Assembly (NCBI GenBank): GCA_049515135.1 | Contig: JBEKUJ010000020.1 | Span: 257-64,256 of the forward strand | Direction: 5' to 3' | DNA: 64,000 bases | Origin: Spirochaetia bacterium | GTDB lineage: Bacteria; Spirochaetota; Spirochaetia; SZUA-6; Fen-1364 | In this document: positions 8,055-18,174 of the stretch, one piece after another | Numbering within the stretch: position 1 is the first letter of the stretch | How the letters are laid out: every line of letters starts with the position of its first letter | Translations under genes and position numbers: made by a program | Notes under the pieces: generated by a model | The model's database searches: none | What the model saw: the letters and a program-made list of their open reading frames with translations, nothing else | Told to the model about the DNA's origin: nothing

Positions 8055-9161
8055 ATGGAGCGGGTCGAAAAAGAGCGCGGCGACATCGTTCTGGTCATGC
8101 TGGTGATAGCGATTCTCGGCGTGGGGACCGCGCTGCTCTTTTCCGCTTCCTACTCCTTTTCCGCACGGACGTTCCAGGACCCTTTGTACCTGGTGAAGCG
8201 CCAGCTCCTATGGACTGCGCTGGGCGCATTAGCCGCCTTCATCGTGTCGCTGACGCCCATGGAAGTGTTCCGCCGGGCGCTGCCGCTCCTCCTCCTGGCC
8301 ACCCTTGTCGCCTCCCTCCTGCCGTTCCTTCCGGGCGTGGGCACGCGCGTCCTGGGCTCTCGGAGGTGGATCACGCTGTTCGGTATGTCGTTCCAGCCCT
8401 CTGAGATCGTGAAGGTGACCCTCATCCTCTACCTGGCCTCGTACTTTGCCCGGCGGGAGGAATCCGAAGGCATTCCGCTCGATACACTGATCCCGCCTTT
8501 CATCGTGGTGTGCGTCTTCGCCGCAATCATCCTGCTGCAGAACGATTACTCGACGGCCATCTTCATCGTGGTCACCGGGCTCTCCATGCTCTTCATTGCC
8601 AGGGTCCGCACGCTGCATTTCCTGCTGGTGACGCTGTTGACGGGCACCCTCGGGTTTCTTCTGCTTTTCACGCGGGAGCACCGCGTGCAGCGCCTCCTTG
8701 CGTACTTCGACCTCTCGAGCTACCGCTCGGGAACCGGCTACCAGATCGTGAATGCCAGGGCTGCGCTTGCGGGCGGCGGGTTCTGGGGAAGGGGGCTGGG
8801 ACGCAGCATTGCCAAGCTGGGCCCCCTCCCCATGGCGCATTCGGATTTCATCTACACCATCATCGGAGAGGAAACCGGCCTTCTGGGCGCCCTCTTCGTT
8901 CTGATCCTTTTCGCACTTCTCGCGTGGCGCGGCTTCCAGATCAGCCTGCGGGCGCCGGACAGCTTCTCCTCCTATGTGGCGTTCGGAGTCACGGCGGCCA
9001 TCTCCCTGCAGGCCCTGCTGAACATGGCTGTGGCGGTCGGGCTTGTCCCAACCACCGGGGTGACGCTCCCGTTCTTTTCGGCCGGCGGCTCATCCCTGTT
9101 CGCAACCCTCGTCATGTGCGGACTGCTCGTAAACCTTTCTCGGAGGACCTCCAGTGTCTAA
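8055..9161 (+). CDS. ftsW: SEDS-family cell division protein FtsW
   Basis: ORF 7959..9161. ATG 8055 follows the mraY stop and GGAAGGGAA. FQPSEIVK, polytopic, PLPMAHSDFIYTIIGEETG, TTGVTLPFFSAGGSS. Confidence 0.9.
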   Translation: MERVEKERGDIVLVMLVIAILGVGTALLFSASYSFSARTFQDPLYLVKRQLLWTALGALAAFIVSLTPMEVFRRALPLLLLATLVASLLPFLPGVGTRVLGSRRWITLFGMSFQPSEIVKVTLILYLASYFARREESEGIPLDTLIPPFIVVCVFAAIILLQNDYSTAIFIVVTGLSMLFIARVRTLHFLLVTLLTGTLGFLLLFTREHRVQRLLAYFDLSSYRSGTGYQIVNARAALAGGGFWGRGLGRSIAKLGPLPMAHSDFIYTIIGEETGLLGALFVLILFALLAWRGFQISLRAPDSFSSYVAFGVTAAISLQALLNMAVAVGLVPTTGVTLPFFSAGGSSLFATLVMCGLLVNLSRRTSSV

Positions 9162-10002
9162 CGTGTATGCGCTTCGCGACCAGGCAGCCGGCGGCGGCCC
9201 TTCCGATTCCCGATACGGGCGCGGCGCTCCTTCGGCCCAGGCGCGGCTTGCCCGCCCCGTGCTGCTGTGCCTGACGGCGGCATGCGCGTTCTTCCTCCTT
9301 GCGCGCTATGCCATCCTGCCTGCCCTGACAGTCCGCCATGTCATATTGACAAGCGACGTGTCGATTTCCGAGGACGAGCTGCTTGCCATTTCCGGACTCC
9401 AGGGCACCTCGTACTGGCACTCCGTGGCAACCGACACCATCCGCAAGAGGCTGGAGGCTTACCCCCTCGTTCGCAAGGCCATCGTGGAAAAGGTGTTTCC
9501 CGACACGGTGCGTATGACCGTCTGGGGCAGGCAGCCGGTTGCGCTCGTGCTTGCCGACCTAGACGGTCGAAGCCTGCCGGTGGTCGTGGATGAGGAAGGG
9601 GTTGTTTTCAAAGTGTGTTCCACGAGCGCCGACCTCGATCTGCCGGTCGTCTCGGGGCTTCCAGCTGGAGAGACTTCCCTCGGGGGACGGCTCCCCGGCG
9701 TCTATGCGCCGCTTTTCTCGCAGCTCAAGACGCTGCGGGACAAGTCTCCGTCCCTCATGCGGCTTCTCTCCGAGGTGAGGATCGTTTCACACGGTCCACA
9801 GGCTCCTGAGGGAAGTTATGACCTCCTCGTCTATCTCACCACCTCGCAAGTGCCCGTGCTTGCAACGGGCACGATAGACGAAAGCCTTCTCAGGTACTCT
9901 CTCATGGTCCTGGACCTCTTGTCGAACCAGGGGGTTTTAAAGAATATTCAGGAGCTCGATTTCAGGAGCGGCGAAGTGGTGTACAGGATGAAGGAGGGGT
10001 AG
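9154..10002 (+). CDS. ftsQ: FtsQ/DivIB-type cell division protein (POTRA domain)
   Basis: GTG overlaps the ftsW stop. N-terminal TM, then POTRA-like VRHVILTSDVSISEDELLAISGLQG...LEAYPLVRKAIVEKVFPDTVRMTV. Sits immediately upstream of ftsA. Confidence 0.75.
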   Translation: MSNVYALRDQAAGGGPSDSRYGRGAPSAQARLARPVLLCLTAACAFFLLARYAILPALTVRHVILTSDVSISEDELLAISGLQGTSYWHSVATDTIRKRLEAYPLVRKAIVEKVFPDTVRMTVWGRQPVALVLADLDGRSLPVVVDEEGVVFKVCSTSADLDLPVVSGLPAGETSLGGRLPGVYAPLFSQLKTLRDKSPSLMRLLSEVRIVSHGPQAPEGSYDLLVYLTTSQVPVLATGTIDESLLRYSLMVLDLLSNQGVLKNIQELDFRSGEVVYRMKEG

Positions 10003-10007
10003 AGGCG

Positions 10008-11243
10008 GTGGCATCCGAGGAGCTCATCGTCGGACTGGACATCGGCACGACAAAAGTCTGTGCCATCATCGGCGAGTTCAATGAAACCGGACAGCTGGAG
10101 ATCATCGGCGTCGGCACCACCCCGTCGCGCGGCCTGCGCCGCGGGGTGGTGATCAACATCGAGTCAACGGTGAAGTCCATCCAGAACGCCATCGAGTCCG
10201 CGGAGCTCATGTCGGGCCGCGAGGTGCATGGAGTCTACACCGGCGTGGCGGGCGGCCACATCGAAGGGATCAATTCCCGCGGGGTCGTTGCAGTCACAGG
10301 CAAGGACAGGGAGATCACCAAGGAGGACGTGGACCGGGTCATCGACGCCGCAAAGGCCATCGTAATCCCCATGGACCGCGAGGTCCTGCACGTGATCCCG
10401 CAGGAGTTTATTGTCGATCAGCAGGGTGGAATCAAAAACCCCGTCGGAATGGTCGGAGTGCGGCTGGAAGCTGAGGCGCACATCATCACCGGGGCGGTCA
10501 CCTCGGCGCAGAACATCGTGAAATGCGTCAACCGGGCTGGTTTCAAGGTCAACGACATCGTCCTTGAGCCGCTGGCCTCCTCGAAGGCGGTTCTCACCGC
10601 GGATGAAAGGGAGCTTGGCGTTCTGCTCATCGACCTCGGTGGAGGCACCACGGACGTCCTGGTGCACCTGGAGGGGGCGCCGTACCACACCGAGGTGCTT
10701 TCCATCGGCGGTGAGCAGGTGACGAGCGACCTGTCTATCATGCTCAAGACGCCGCTGGAAGTCGCAGAGAAGACCAAGAAGGAGCACGGCTGCTGCTACG
10801 CGCCGGCAGTCATGGAGGATTCCGAGGTCGTCATCCCGGGGGTCGGCGGAAGGCCCCCGCGGAAGGTGGGACGCCGGGCGATGGCGGAGATAATCCAGCC
10901 CCGCATGGCGGAGATCCTGGGCATGGTGAAGGAGCAGATCGAGAAGAAGGGATACCTGCACCTGCTTGGCGGCGGCGTGGTTCTTACGGGCGGCGGTTCG
11001 CTCCTGGCAGGCACCGGGGAGCTGGCCTCAGAGATCTTCGGCCTGCCGGCCCGGGTGGGCTACCCGGTGAAGGTGGGCGGGCTGGTGGAGGAGTACTGCA
11101 ACCCCATGTTTGCAACGGGGGTGGGCCTTGTTCTCTTTGGAGCTTCGCGAGAGGGAAGCGAAGGCTTCGACACAAGCTCGAGTGAGAGCACATTCACCAG
11201 CGTATGGGAGCGGATGAAGTCGTGGTTCAAAGACTTTTTCTGA
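10008..11243 (+). CDS. ftsA: cell division protein FtsA
   Basis: AAGGAGG precedes GTG 10008. Actin-fold motifs VGLDIGTTKVCAIIGE, DLGGGTTD, GGVVLTGGGS. C-terminal amphipathic WERMKSWFKDFF. Confidence 0.95.
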   Translation: MASEELIVGLDIGTTKVCAIIGEFNETGQLEIIGVGTTPSRGLRRGVVINIESTVKSIQNAIESAELMSGREVHGVYTGVAGGHIEGINSRGVVAVTGKDREITKEDVDRVIDAAKAIVIPMDREVLHVIPQEFIVDQQGGIKNPVGMVGVRLEAEAHIITGAVTSAQNIVKCVNRAGFKVNDIVLEPLASSKAVLTADERELGVLLIDLGGGTTDVLVHLEGAPYHTEVLSIGGEQVTSDLSIMLKTPLEVAEKTKKEHGCCYAPAVMEDSEVVIPGVGGRPPRKVGRRAMAEIIQPRMAEILGMVKEQIEKKGYLHLLGGGVVLTGGGSLLAGTGELASEIFGLPARVGYPVKVGGLVEEYCNPMFATGVGLVLFGASREGSEGFDTSSSESTFTSVWERMKSWFKDFF

Positions 11244-11336
11244 TGAAATAGAAGACACGTCCGTGTCTTGGGTGCGCCTTTCGTCCATCCATGGACTCGG
11301 CGCACCTCGGCGTCCGTGCCTACGGGAGGGGGGGAC

Positions 11337-12494
11337 ATGAACATCGAGCTTTTCGACACAAAAGGGGTCAGCCCGACAATCATTAAAGTCGTCGGGGTAG
11401 GCGGCGGCGGCAGCAATGCCGTCAACCGCATGATCGCCATGGGGCTGAAGAACGTCTCGTTCGTGGCGGTCAACACCGACCAGCAGGCCCTGCACAGCTC
11501 AAACGCGGAGACCAGGCTGGCAATCGGCACAAAGCTCACCGGCGGGCTGGGAGCGGGAGGCATTCCCGAGATCGGGGAAAAGGCCGCCCTTGAGGACGAG
11601 GAGAGGCTGCAGATCCTCCTGAAAGGCGCGGACATGGTGTTCATCACCGCCGGCATGGGCGGCGGGACGGGCACGGGCGCCGCGCCCATCGTGGCCAAGG
11701 TTGCGCGGCAGATCGGCGCCCTCACGGTTGCAGTGGTGACCAAGCCTTTCGATTTCGAAGGCAAGCGAAAAATGCAGCTGGCGGAAGAAGGCATCGGGAA
11801 GCTCCGCCAGGAGGTGGACACCCTCATCACCATCCCCAACCAGCATCTCCTGAAGATCGCGGAGAAACGCACTCCCATCCGTGAAGCCTTTTTCATGGCT
11901 GACGAGGTCCTGCGCCAGGGGGTGCAGGGGATCTCGGACCTGATCACCGAACCGGGGGAAATCAACATCGATTTCGCGGACGTGCGCACCATCATGAAGG
12001 GCAAGGGCGACGCCCTGATGGGCATCGGCATCGGCTCAGGGGACAACCGGGCCACGGACGCGGCCACCAACGCGATCAGCAACCCACTCCTGGAGGACGC
12101 GCGGGTGGAGGGGGCCAAGGGGATCCTGGTCAACGTCACCGGCGGGTTCGACTTCAGCCTTTCCGAATACGAGGAAGTGCTCAAGATCATCACGGCCAAT
12201 GCGGACGATGACGCTCTGATCATCCCCGGCACGTCGATCATGGAGTCCATGAACGACCGGATCCGCGTCACCGTGATAGCCACCGGCTTCACATCGGAAA
12301 AGAAGCCCCAGCTCCCGCCGGAGCCCGAGCGGCATGAGGGGGAGATGATCCCCTACGAGGAGTGGGCCTCCATGGGCAAGTCTGCGCACCGCTCTCATGC
12401 GGAGGATTTCCTGCTGGGCAGGAACTCCCGGGAAGCCGACCTGAGCGTGCCCACGGTCCTCCGCGAGAAGCGCGTTGCGGGCCAGAAGGAATGA
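11337..12494 (+). CDS. ftsZ: cell division GTPase FtsZ
   Basis: ORF 11268..12494. ATG 11337 follows [27 protein letters not shown], the [10 protein letters not shown] tubulin signature and NVDFADV-type [10 protein letters not shown]. Confidence 0.96.
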   Translation: MNIELFDTKGVSPTIIKVVGVGGGGSNAVNRMIAMGLKNVSFVAVNTDQQALHSSNAETRLAIGTKLTGGLGAGGIPEIGEKAALEDEERLQILLKGADMVFITAGMGGGTGTGAAPIVAKVARQIGALTVAVVTKPFDFEGKRKMQLAEEGIGKLRQEVDTLITIPNQHLLKIAEKRTPIREAFFMADEVLRQGVQGISDLITEPGEINIDFADVRTIMKGKGDALMGIGIGSGDNRATDAATNAISNPLLEDARVEGAKGILVNVTGGFDFSLSEYEEVLKIITANADDDALIIPGTSIMESMNDRIRVTVIATGFTSEKKPQLPPEPERHEGEMIPYEEWASMGKSAHRSHAEDFLLGRNSREADLSVPTVLREKRVAGQKE

Positions 12495-12504
12495 AGGAGC
12501 TGCC

Positions 12505-13542
12505 ATGAGCGCAGCCCGCGACATAACCGCAGAGTTCGCACAGTATCTTCAGGCGGAGCGCGGCTTGTCCCCGCTCACCGTGTCCACGTATGCGGCGGAG
12601 GTAAGGCAGTTCCTTGATTTTCTGGACGCAGGAGGCAGGGACCTTTCAGAGGCGTCAATCGCCGACGTGACCGGCTACATCATCAGGAGGCAGGTCGACG
12701 GCGTGGATCCCCGCACCCTTGCCAAGGGCTCTTCCGCCATCCGTTCATTCTTCCGGTTTCTCGTGCTCGACGGAAAGAGGGTCGGGAACCCCGCCCGGCT
12801 CCTGGATGCGCCACGGGTGGCGAAGCGCATCCCGCGGTTCCTCAAGCTGGAAGAGGTGGATCGCCTGCTTGCGGCCTGTCCGGCGGACACTGCTCTGGGC
12901 CGGCGGGACAGGGCCCTTTTCGAGCTGATCTACTCATGCGGTCTTCGCGTGAGCGAGGCTGTCGAGCTCACCCTGGACAGGGTGGCCTTGTCGCAGATGG
13001 TGGTCCGGGTCATGGGAAAAGGCTCGCGCGAACGGCTTGTGCCCCTCGGGGCGCGGGGGAAACAGGAGCTGGCGGCATACCTGTCCCAGGTTCGGCCCGG
13101 CCTGCTACGCAAGGGAAAAGCGGTTGACTGGCTGTTCCTGGGACGCGGCGGCCGTAAGCTGTCACGCAAGACCGTGTGGAAGACCTTTGCGCAGGCGGCA
13201 GCGCGCGCCGGAATAGAGACATCGAAGGTGCACGCTCTGCGTCACTCCTTTGCGACGCATCTCCTGCAGGGGGGTGCGGACCTGCGGTCCGTGCAGGAGC
13301 TCCTGGGCCATGCCGACATAGGCACAACCCAGATCTATACCCACGTGAGCCAGGACGTGCTGAAACGGACGCACCGCGAGTTTCATCCGAGGGGAGGGAA
13401 GCCGCAGGCTGACCTCCCCGAGGGCGGCAGCGGTCCGCAGGACCGCGGGAGCCCCCGCGGCGCGAGCGTGAGCGAGCGCAGCGCTGGCGGGCAGCCACAG
13501 GGAGGCCAGGGCGCCACGACCGAGCAGGGGGATTCCCAATGA
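12505..13542 (+). CDS. XerC/XerD-family tyrosine recombinase with a ~50-aa low-complexity C-terminal tail
   Basis: AAGGAG precedes ATG 12505. N-terminal SAM-like domain (FAQYLQAERGLSPLTVSTYAAEV). Catalytic [43 protein letters not shown]. The family normally ends near FHPR, but here a Gly/Pro/Gln-rich tail runs to 13542. Confidence 0.85.
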   Translation: MSAARDITAEFAQYLQAERGLSPLTVSTYAAEVRQFLDFLDAGGRDLSEASIADVTGYIIRRQVDGVDPRTLAKGSSAIRSFFRFLVLDGKRVGNPARLLDAPRVAKRIPRFLKLEEVDRLLAACPADTALGRRDRALFELIYSCGLRVSEAVELTLDRVALSQMVVRVMGKGSRERLVPLGARGKQELAAYLSQVRPGLLRKGKAVDWLFLGRGGRKLSRKTVWKTFAQAAARAGIETSKVHALRHSFATHLLQGGADLRSVQELLGHADIGTTQIYTHVSQDVLKRTHREFHPRGGKPQADLPEGGSGPQDRGSPRGASVSERSAGGQPQGGQGATTEQGDSQ

Positions 13543-14585
13543 TGAAATCGGCAGCGACGTTCCGGCCGTTGATTTCATGCATGGAAACGCTGGACAGGAT
13601 CCCGTTGATCGGGCTGAGTCATGTGGAGTTCCTGACACCGAGGGAGAAGCTCACGCTCATCGAGATGCTCGGCTCTCCTGCGCGCGTGTTCGGGCTTTCC
13701 CTTCGGGACATTTGCTCGCTGATCAGACGTCCTTTGAGGACGCGCCGCTGGAATCCGGCGGCAATCCTTGATGAGGCGGCAAGAACGGAAAAGCTCTTGA
13801 CCCCAGGCGTGCTGGGATGCATCTTTTATTGGGACTCGACGTACCCGCCGCAGCTCCGCGAGATTTTCGATCCGCCCGTAACGCTCTTCTATCGCGGAAC
13901 GCTACCCGAAAACGGATATTTGCTCGCCGGAATTGTCGGGACTCGTTTTCCCACGGGAGGCGCCCGCAAGGCTGCGTTCGGGCTCGGCTTCGAGCTGGGC
14001 CGGCACGGGATCGGGGTCGTCTCGGGGCTCGCAAAAGGAGTCGACAGGGAGGCGCATGAGGGATGCGTGAGGGCGGGAGGCTACTCGATTGCCGTGCTGG
14101 GAAGTGGGGTGGACCGGATTTACCCCACCTCCAGCGAACCGGCAGGGAGAGCGCTCCTGGAGGCGGGGGGCGCGGTGCTCAGCGAGTACCCGCCCGGCGC
14201 GCGCCCCCTGCAGTTCCACTTTCCTGCGCGCAACAGGATCATCAGCGGGCTTTCCCGGTCCGTGGTGGTGGTCCAGGCGCCCGAGCGTTCCGGAGCGCTC
14301 ATTACGGCGGAGCATGCTCTGGACCAGGGAAAGGATCTGTACGTGCACGCGGCAGGCCTCTCGGGCAGCGTCGGCGCGGGAACGAGCCGTCTTGCAGAAT
14401 CAGGAGCTCCGGTCATCAGCGGGGCGCGAGACCTGCTGCGGGACCTGGGGCGGGAGTTTCGGGAGGCAAAAGGGCAGGGAGCGCCTCCGGGTGAATCCAC
14501 GGGAGAAGCCCTTGCCCGCACTATGAAGGACGAAATGGATGGTGCCTGCGCCACGAAGGCCGGGGAAACCTACTGGAGAACATGA
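13539..14585 (+). CDS. dprA: DNA processing protein DprA (Smf)
   Basis: GIVGTRFPT, VSGLAKGVDREAH, AVLGSGVDRIYP, FPARNRIISGLS, VVVVQAPERSGALITA. An alternative start is METLDR at 13581. Confidence 0.88.
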   Translation: MMKSAATFRPLISCMETLDRIPLIGLSHVEFLTPREKLTLIEMLGSPARVFGLSLRDICSLIRRPLRTRRWNPAAILDEAARTEKLLTPGVLGCIFYWDSTYPPQLREIFDPPVTLFYRGTLPENGYLLAGIVGTRFPTGGARKAAFGLGFELGRHGIGVVSGLAKGVDREAHEGCVRAGGYSIAVLGSGVDRIYPTSSEPAGRALLEAGGAVLSEYPPGARPLQFHFPARNRIISGLSRSVVVVQAPERSGALITAEHALDQGKDLYVHAAGLSGSVGAGTSRLAESGAPVISGARDLLRDLGREFREAKGQGAPPGESTGEALARTMKDEMDGACATKAGETYWRT

Positions 14586-16729
14586 TGGCGAAAGAACCGA
14601 AGGCGCGGCGCGCCGCAACAAGGCATACGAAACAAGTCCTCATGATCGTCGAGTCGCCGGCAAAGGGCAAGACGATCGAGAAGTACCTGGGCAAGGGCTA
14701 CACCGTGGCTGCGTCCATGGGGCACCTTATCGACCTGCCCAAGTCGCGCCTGGCTATCGACGTGGAAAAATCGTTCGAGCCGGAATACATCACCGTGCGC
14801 GGCAAGGCGAAGATCCTCAAGGAGCTGAAGCAGAAAGCAAAGAAGGCGGATGCCATTCTCCTTGCATCGGACAACGACAGGGAAGGGGAGGCCATCTCGT
14901 ATCATCTCAGGAATGTGCTCCAGAACGGGGGCGCGGCTCCTGACATTCAGCGCATCACATTCAACGAGATAACTCCCAAAGCCATCCGCGAGGCTGTGGC
15001 TCACCCCGGCCAGATCGACATGTCGAAGGTGAACGCGCAGAAGGCGCGGCGGGTGCTGGACAGGATCGTCGGCTACTCTCTGTCCCCGCTTCTCTGGAAA
15101 AAGGTGAAGAACGGCCTTTCCGCGGGCCGCGTTCAATCGGTTGCCCTGCGGCTGATCTGCGAGCGCGAGGCGGAGATCGAGGCGTTCCTTCCGGAGGAGT
15201 ACTGGTCCCTGGAGGCCGAGCTGCACAAGGGCGCCAGCGTGCGGCAGGCGTTCCGGGCCGCCCTTGTGGCCGTGCGCGGCGAAAAGCCGGGGCTCACCGA
15301 TGAGGCGTCTACTACCGCGATCGTGGACTCCCTGCAGGGAGCCTCATTCGTAGTTTCCGACGTGAAAGTGACGGAGAAGGCAAACCGCCCGCGTCCCCCG
15401 TTTACGACCTCAACGCTTCAACAGACCGCGGCCAACAGGTTCGGCTTCACGGCCCGCAAGACAATGCAGATCGCGCAGGGCCTCTATGAGGGGGTCAACA
15501 TCGGGTCCCAGAGGCTCGGGCTCATAACCTACATGCGAACCGACTCCACGCGCATCGCGGAAAGCGCGCTTGCCGAGGTCCGTGAGTACATCGCAAAGGA
15601 GTTCCCCGGTGACCTGCCCGAGGTGCCGGTGGCCTATGTCACGGGCAAGGGGGCGCAGGACGCTCATGAGGCAATCCGTCCCACATACGTCACGCGAACG
15701 CCCGCGGAGCTGAAGAAGAGCCTCACCTCGGAGGAGTTCCGGCTGTACTCCATCATCTGGGAGCGTTTCGTTTCTTCCCAGATGAATCCTTCCAAGACCA
15801 GCACGACGACCGTGGATATCCAGGCCGCAGACGCCACGTTCCGCGCCTCCAGCACGCGCGTTGTGGAGAAGGGGTTTCAGAACGCCCTCAGCTTGCTGGC
15901 CTCCAAGGAGCAGACCAAGGCTCTTCCTGCCATGAACGTTGGGGACCCTCTGGAGCTGGTCAGGTTCCACCCCGAGCAGCATTTCACCTCGGGACCTCCC
16001 CGGTATACGGATGCCACTATCGTCAAGACGCTGGAAGAGAAAGGGATTGGAAGACCGTCCACCTATGCACCCATCATTTCCGTCCTTCTGGACCGCTACT
16101 ACGTGGTGCGCAAATCCCGACAGCTCATCCCCACGGTGCTGGGAAAGATCATCAACGACCTTCTCACCCGGTCCTTCCCCGAGCTGCTGGACCCGAACTT
16201 CACGGCGGAGATGGAAGCGAAGCTGGACCGGGTTGAAGAGGGAAAGACGGACTGGCAGACCATGATCCGGGATTTCTACGGGCCTTTCAAAGACAAAGTC
16301 GGGACAGTCCTGGAAACCCTCGAGTCCATCAAGGGAGTGATGGATGAAAAAACAGACGTCGTCTGCGACATCTGCGGCAGGCCCATGGTAAAGAAGCTCG
16401 GCCGCTATGGGTTTTTCCTTGCTTGTACGGGGTTCCCGGAATGCAAGAACACCAAACCGGTCCCCCTGGCTCCCTGCCCGCGTCCGGGCTGCGGCGGGCA
16501 GATCGTTGCGCGCAAGCGCAAGCGCGGAAGGGGGCGTGAGTTCTACGGATGCACCAACTACCCCACGTGCGATTTCGTGACGTACTTCAAACCCACGGAC
16601 TCCAAGTGCCCGAAATGCGGCTGGTTCCTCGTTGAAAAGGAGGACAGGCAGCGGGGGACGTACAAGTCGTGCATCAATCCCTCCTGCGATTACCTCCATA
16701 CGAAAGAGACGGACGAACAAAGTGCCTGA
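14582..16729 (+). CDS. topA: DNA topoisomerase I
   Basis: TOPRIM (LMIVESPAKGKTIEKYLG, ASDNDREGEAIS), active-site region GLITYMRTDS, and three C-terminal zinc ribbons (CDICG..C..C, CPRPGCGG..C..C, CPKCG..C..C). Confidence 0.96.
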   Translation: MMAKEPKARRAATRHTKQVLMIVESPAKGKTIEKYLGKGYTVAASMGHLIDLPKSRLAIDVEKSFEPEYITVRGKAKILKELKQKAKKADAILLASDNDREGEAISYHLRNVLQNGGAAPDIQRITFNEITPKAIREAVAHPGQIDMSKVNAQKARRVLDRIVGYSLSPLLWKKVKNGLSAGRVQSVALRLICEREAEIEAFLPEEYWSLEAELHKGASVRQAFRAALVAVRGEKPGLTDEASTTAIVDSLQGASFVVSDVKVTEKANRPRPPFTTSTLQQTAANRFGFTARKTMQIAQGLYEGVNIGSQRLGLITYMRTDSTRIAESALAEVREYIAKEFPGDLPEVPVAYVTGKGAQDAHEAIRPTYVTRTPAELKKSLTSEEFRLYSIIWERFVSSQMNPSKTSTTTVDIQAADATFRASSTRVVEKGFQNALSLLASKEQTKALPAMNVGDPLELVRFHPEQHFTSGPPRYTDATIVKTLEEKGIGRPSTYAPIISVLLDRYYVVRKSRQLIPTVLGKIINDLLTRSFPELLDPNFTAEMEAKLDRVEEGKTDWQTMIRDFYGPFKDKVGTVLETLESIKGVMDEKTDVVCDICGRPMVKKLGRYGFFLACTGFPECKNTKPVPLAPCPRPGCGGQIVARKRKRGRGREFYGCTNYPTCDFVTYFKPTDSKCPKCGWFLVEKEDRQRGTYKSCINPSCDYLHTKETDEQSA

Positions 16730-17630
16730 GGAATACCTGTCCTACCTGCGCTCGGTGCGCAACCTTTCCCCCCACACGCTTGAGTCCTACGCAAAGGACC
16801 TGCACAAGTACGAGGCGTTCCTGGAAGAGCGGGGCGTGGCGCCCAGGAAGGCGGCGCTTGCGGAGGCCAGGGGGTTCGTCGGCAGGCTGTCCCGCGACGG
16901 CCTTTCTGCGCGCTCGGTGAACAGGATAGTCTCCGGAGTGCGAGGGTGGTACCGGTACATGGAAAGACGGGGAGAAATCGAAGCCAACCCTTTCGCGGAG
17001 ATCCGCAGCCTTCGCACGGAGAAGCGCCTGCCCTCGTTCCTCTTCGAGGAGGAGATGGCGCGGCTGATCGAGCTGCCTTCACAGACGTCGTGCCACGAAG
17101 AGGGATCTTTCTGGAAGCTCCGCGACAGGGCAGTGCTGGAAACCCTGTACTCCACGGGCTGCCGCATTTCGGAGCTCGTATCTCTCAACATCGGGGACCT
17201 GGACCTCAAGAACTCGAGCGCCCGGGTCATGGGAAAGGGGTCCCGCGAGCGCAATGTGTTCCTCGGCGAATCCGCGGTTTCCGCGCTGCGGGGGTACATG
17301 GCATGCCGTTCCTCCTTCGCCCCGAAGGCGCCTCCCTTTCCTGATGCGGTGCGCGCCGTGTTCATCAACCAGCGGGGCGGGCGGATCACCGACAGGGGAA
17401 TCCGCTTCATCCTTGGCGAATACCTTGCGCGCGCCAACCTCGGCAAGCGCGTCACCCCGCACACCTTTCGTCATTCCTTTGCAACTCATCTCCTGGACAG
17501 GGGCGCGGACATCCGGGCGGTTCAGGAGCTGCTGGGCCATGCCAGCCTTTCCACGACCCAGGTGTACACGCACGTGGGGCTGGAAAGGCTGAAAAAGGTC
17601 TACAGGAGGGCGCACCCCCATGCCAACTGA
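16722..17630 (+). CDS. xerC: tyrosine recombinase XerC (CodV-like, upstream of hslVU)
   Basis: ORF 16632..17630. GTG 16722 overlaps the topA stop. [68 protein letters not shown]. The xerC-hslV-hslU synteny matches codV-clpQ-clpY. Confidence 0.88.
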   Translation: MPEEYLSYLRSVRNLSPHTLESYAKDLHKYEAFLEERGVAPRKAALAEARGFVGRLSRDGLSARSVNRIVSGVRGWYRYMERRGEIEANPFAEIRSLRTEKRLPSFLFEEEMARLIELPSQTSCHEEGSFWKLRDRAVLETLYSTGCRISELVSLNIGDLDLKNSSARVMGKGSRERNVFLGESAVSALRGYMACRSSFAPKAPPFPDAVRAVFINQRGGRITDRGIRFILGEYLARANLGKRVTPHTFRHSFATHLLDRGADIRAVQELLGHASLSTTQVYTHVGLERLKKVYRRAHPHAN

Positions 17631-18174
17631 GAAAAAGTCCGGGGAGATTCACGGGACGACAATCATCGCCGTTCGAAGGGACGGGGCCGTGGCAATGGCC
17701 GGAGATGGGCAGGTCACCATGGGAGCCACTGTCATGAAATCCAATGCGCGGAAAATTAGGAAGATTTTTGACGGGAAAATCCTCGTCGGGTTTGCCGGAG
17801 GCACTGCCGACGCGTTCACCCTTTTCGAGCGCTTCGAGGGAAAGATAAAAGAGTACGGGGGTGATCTGACGCGCGCAGCGGTCGAGCTGGCAAAGGACTG
17901 GCGGACGGACAGGATATTGAGAAGGCTGGAGGCCATGCTCCTTGTGTCAGACAGGAAAGCCACCTTTCTCATATCGGGGACAGGAGATGTCATCGAACCT
18001 GAGGAGGGGGTCATCGCCATCGGGTCCGGGGGCCCCTATGCGTACGCGGCAGCGCGCGCCTACCTGGACGCCTCCTCCCTCGGGGCGCGGGAGATCGCGG
18101 AGAAGTCCCTTCGGATAGCTGCAGGAATCTGCATCTACACGAACGAAGAAGTCATCGTGGAGGAGCTGGAATGA
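17620..18174 (+). CDS. hslV: ATP-dependent protease subunit HslV
   Basis: [12 protein letters not shown] (N-terminal Thr nucleophile), [24 protein letters not shown]. Confidence 0.95.
   Translation: MPTEKKSGEIHGTTIIAVRRDGAVAMAGDGQVTMGATVMKSNARKIRKIFDGKILVGFAGGTADAFTLFERFEGKIKEYGGDLTRAAVELAKDWRTDRILRRLEAMLLVSDRKATFLISGTGDVIEPEEGVIAIGSGGPYAYAAARAYLDASSLGAREIAEKSLRIAAGICIYTNEEVIVEELE

Noticed and set aside
11060-12292. 410-aa minus-strand ORF opposite ftsZ. Similar long antisense ORFs occur at 15410-16720 opposite topA, 35422-36807 opposite fliR/flhB, 19122-20327 opposite flgB/flgC, 8229-8840, 22220-23044, 27475-28688, 44836-46109 and elsewhere.
   Set aside because: All are embedded antisense in well-supported genes. 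They lack start context and family signatures. Their abundance tracks GC content rather than biology.
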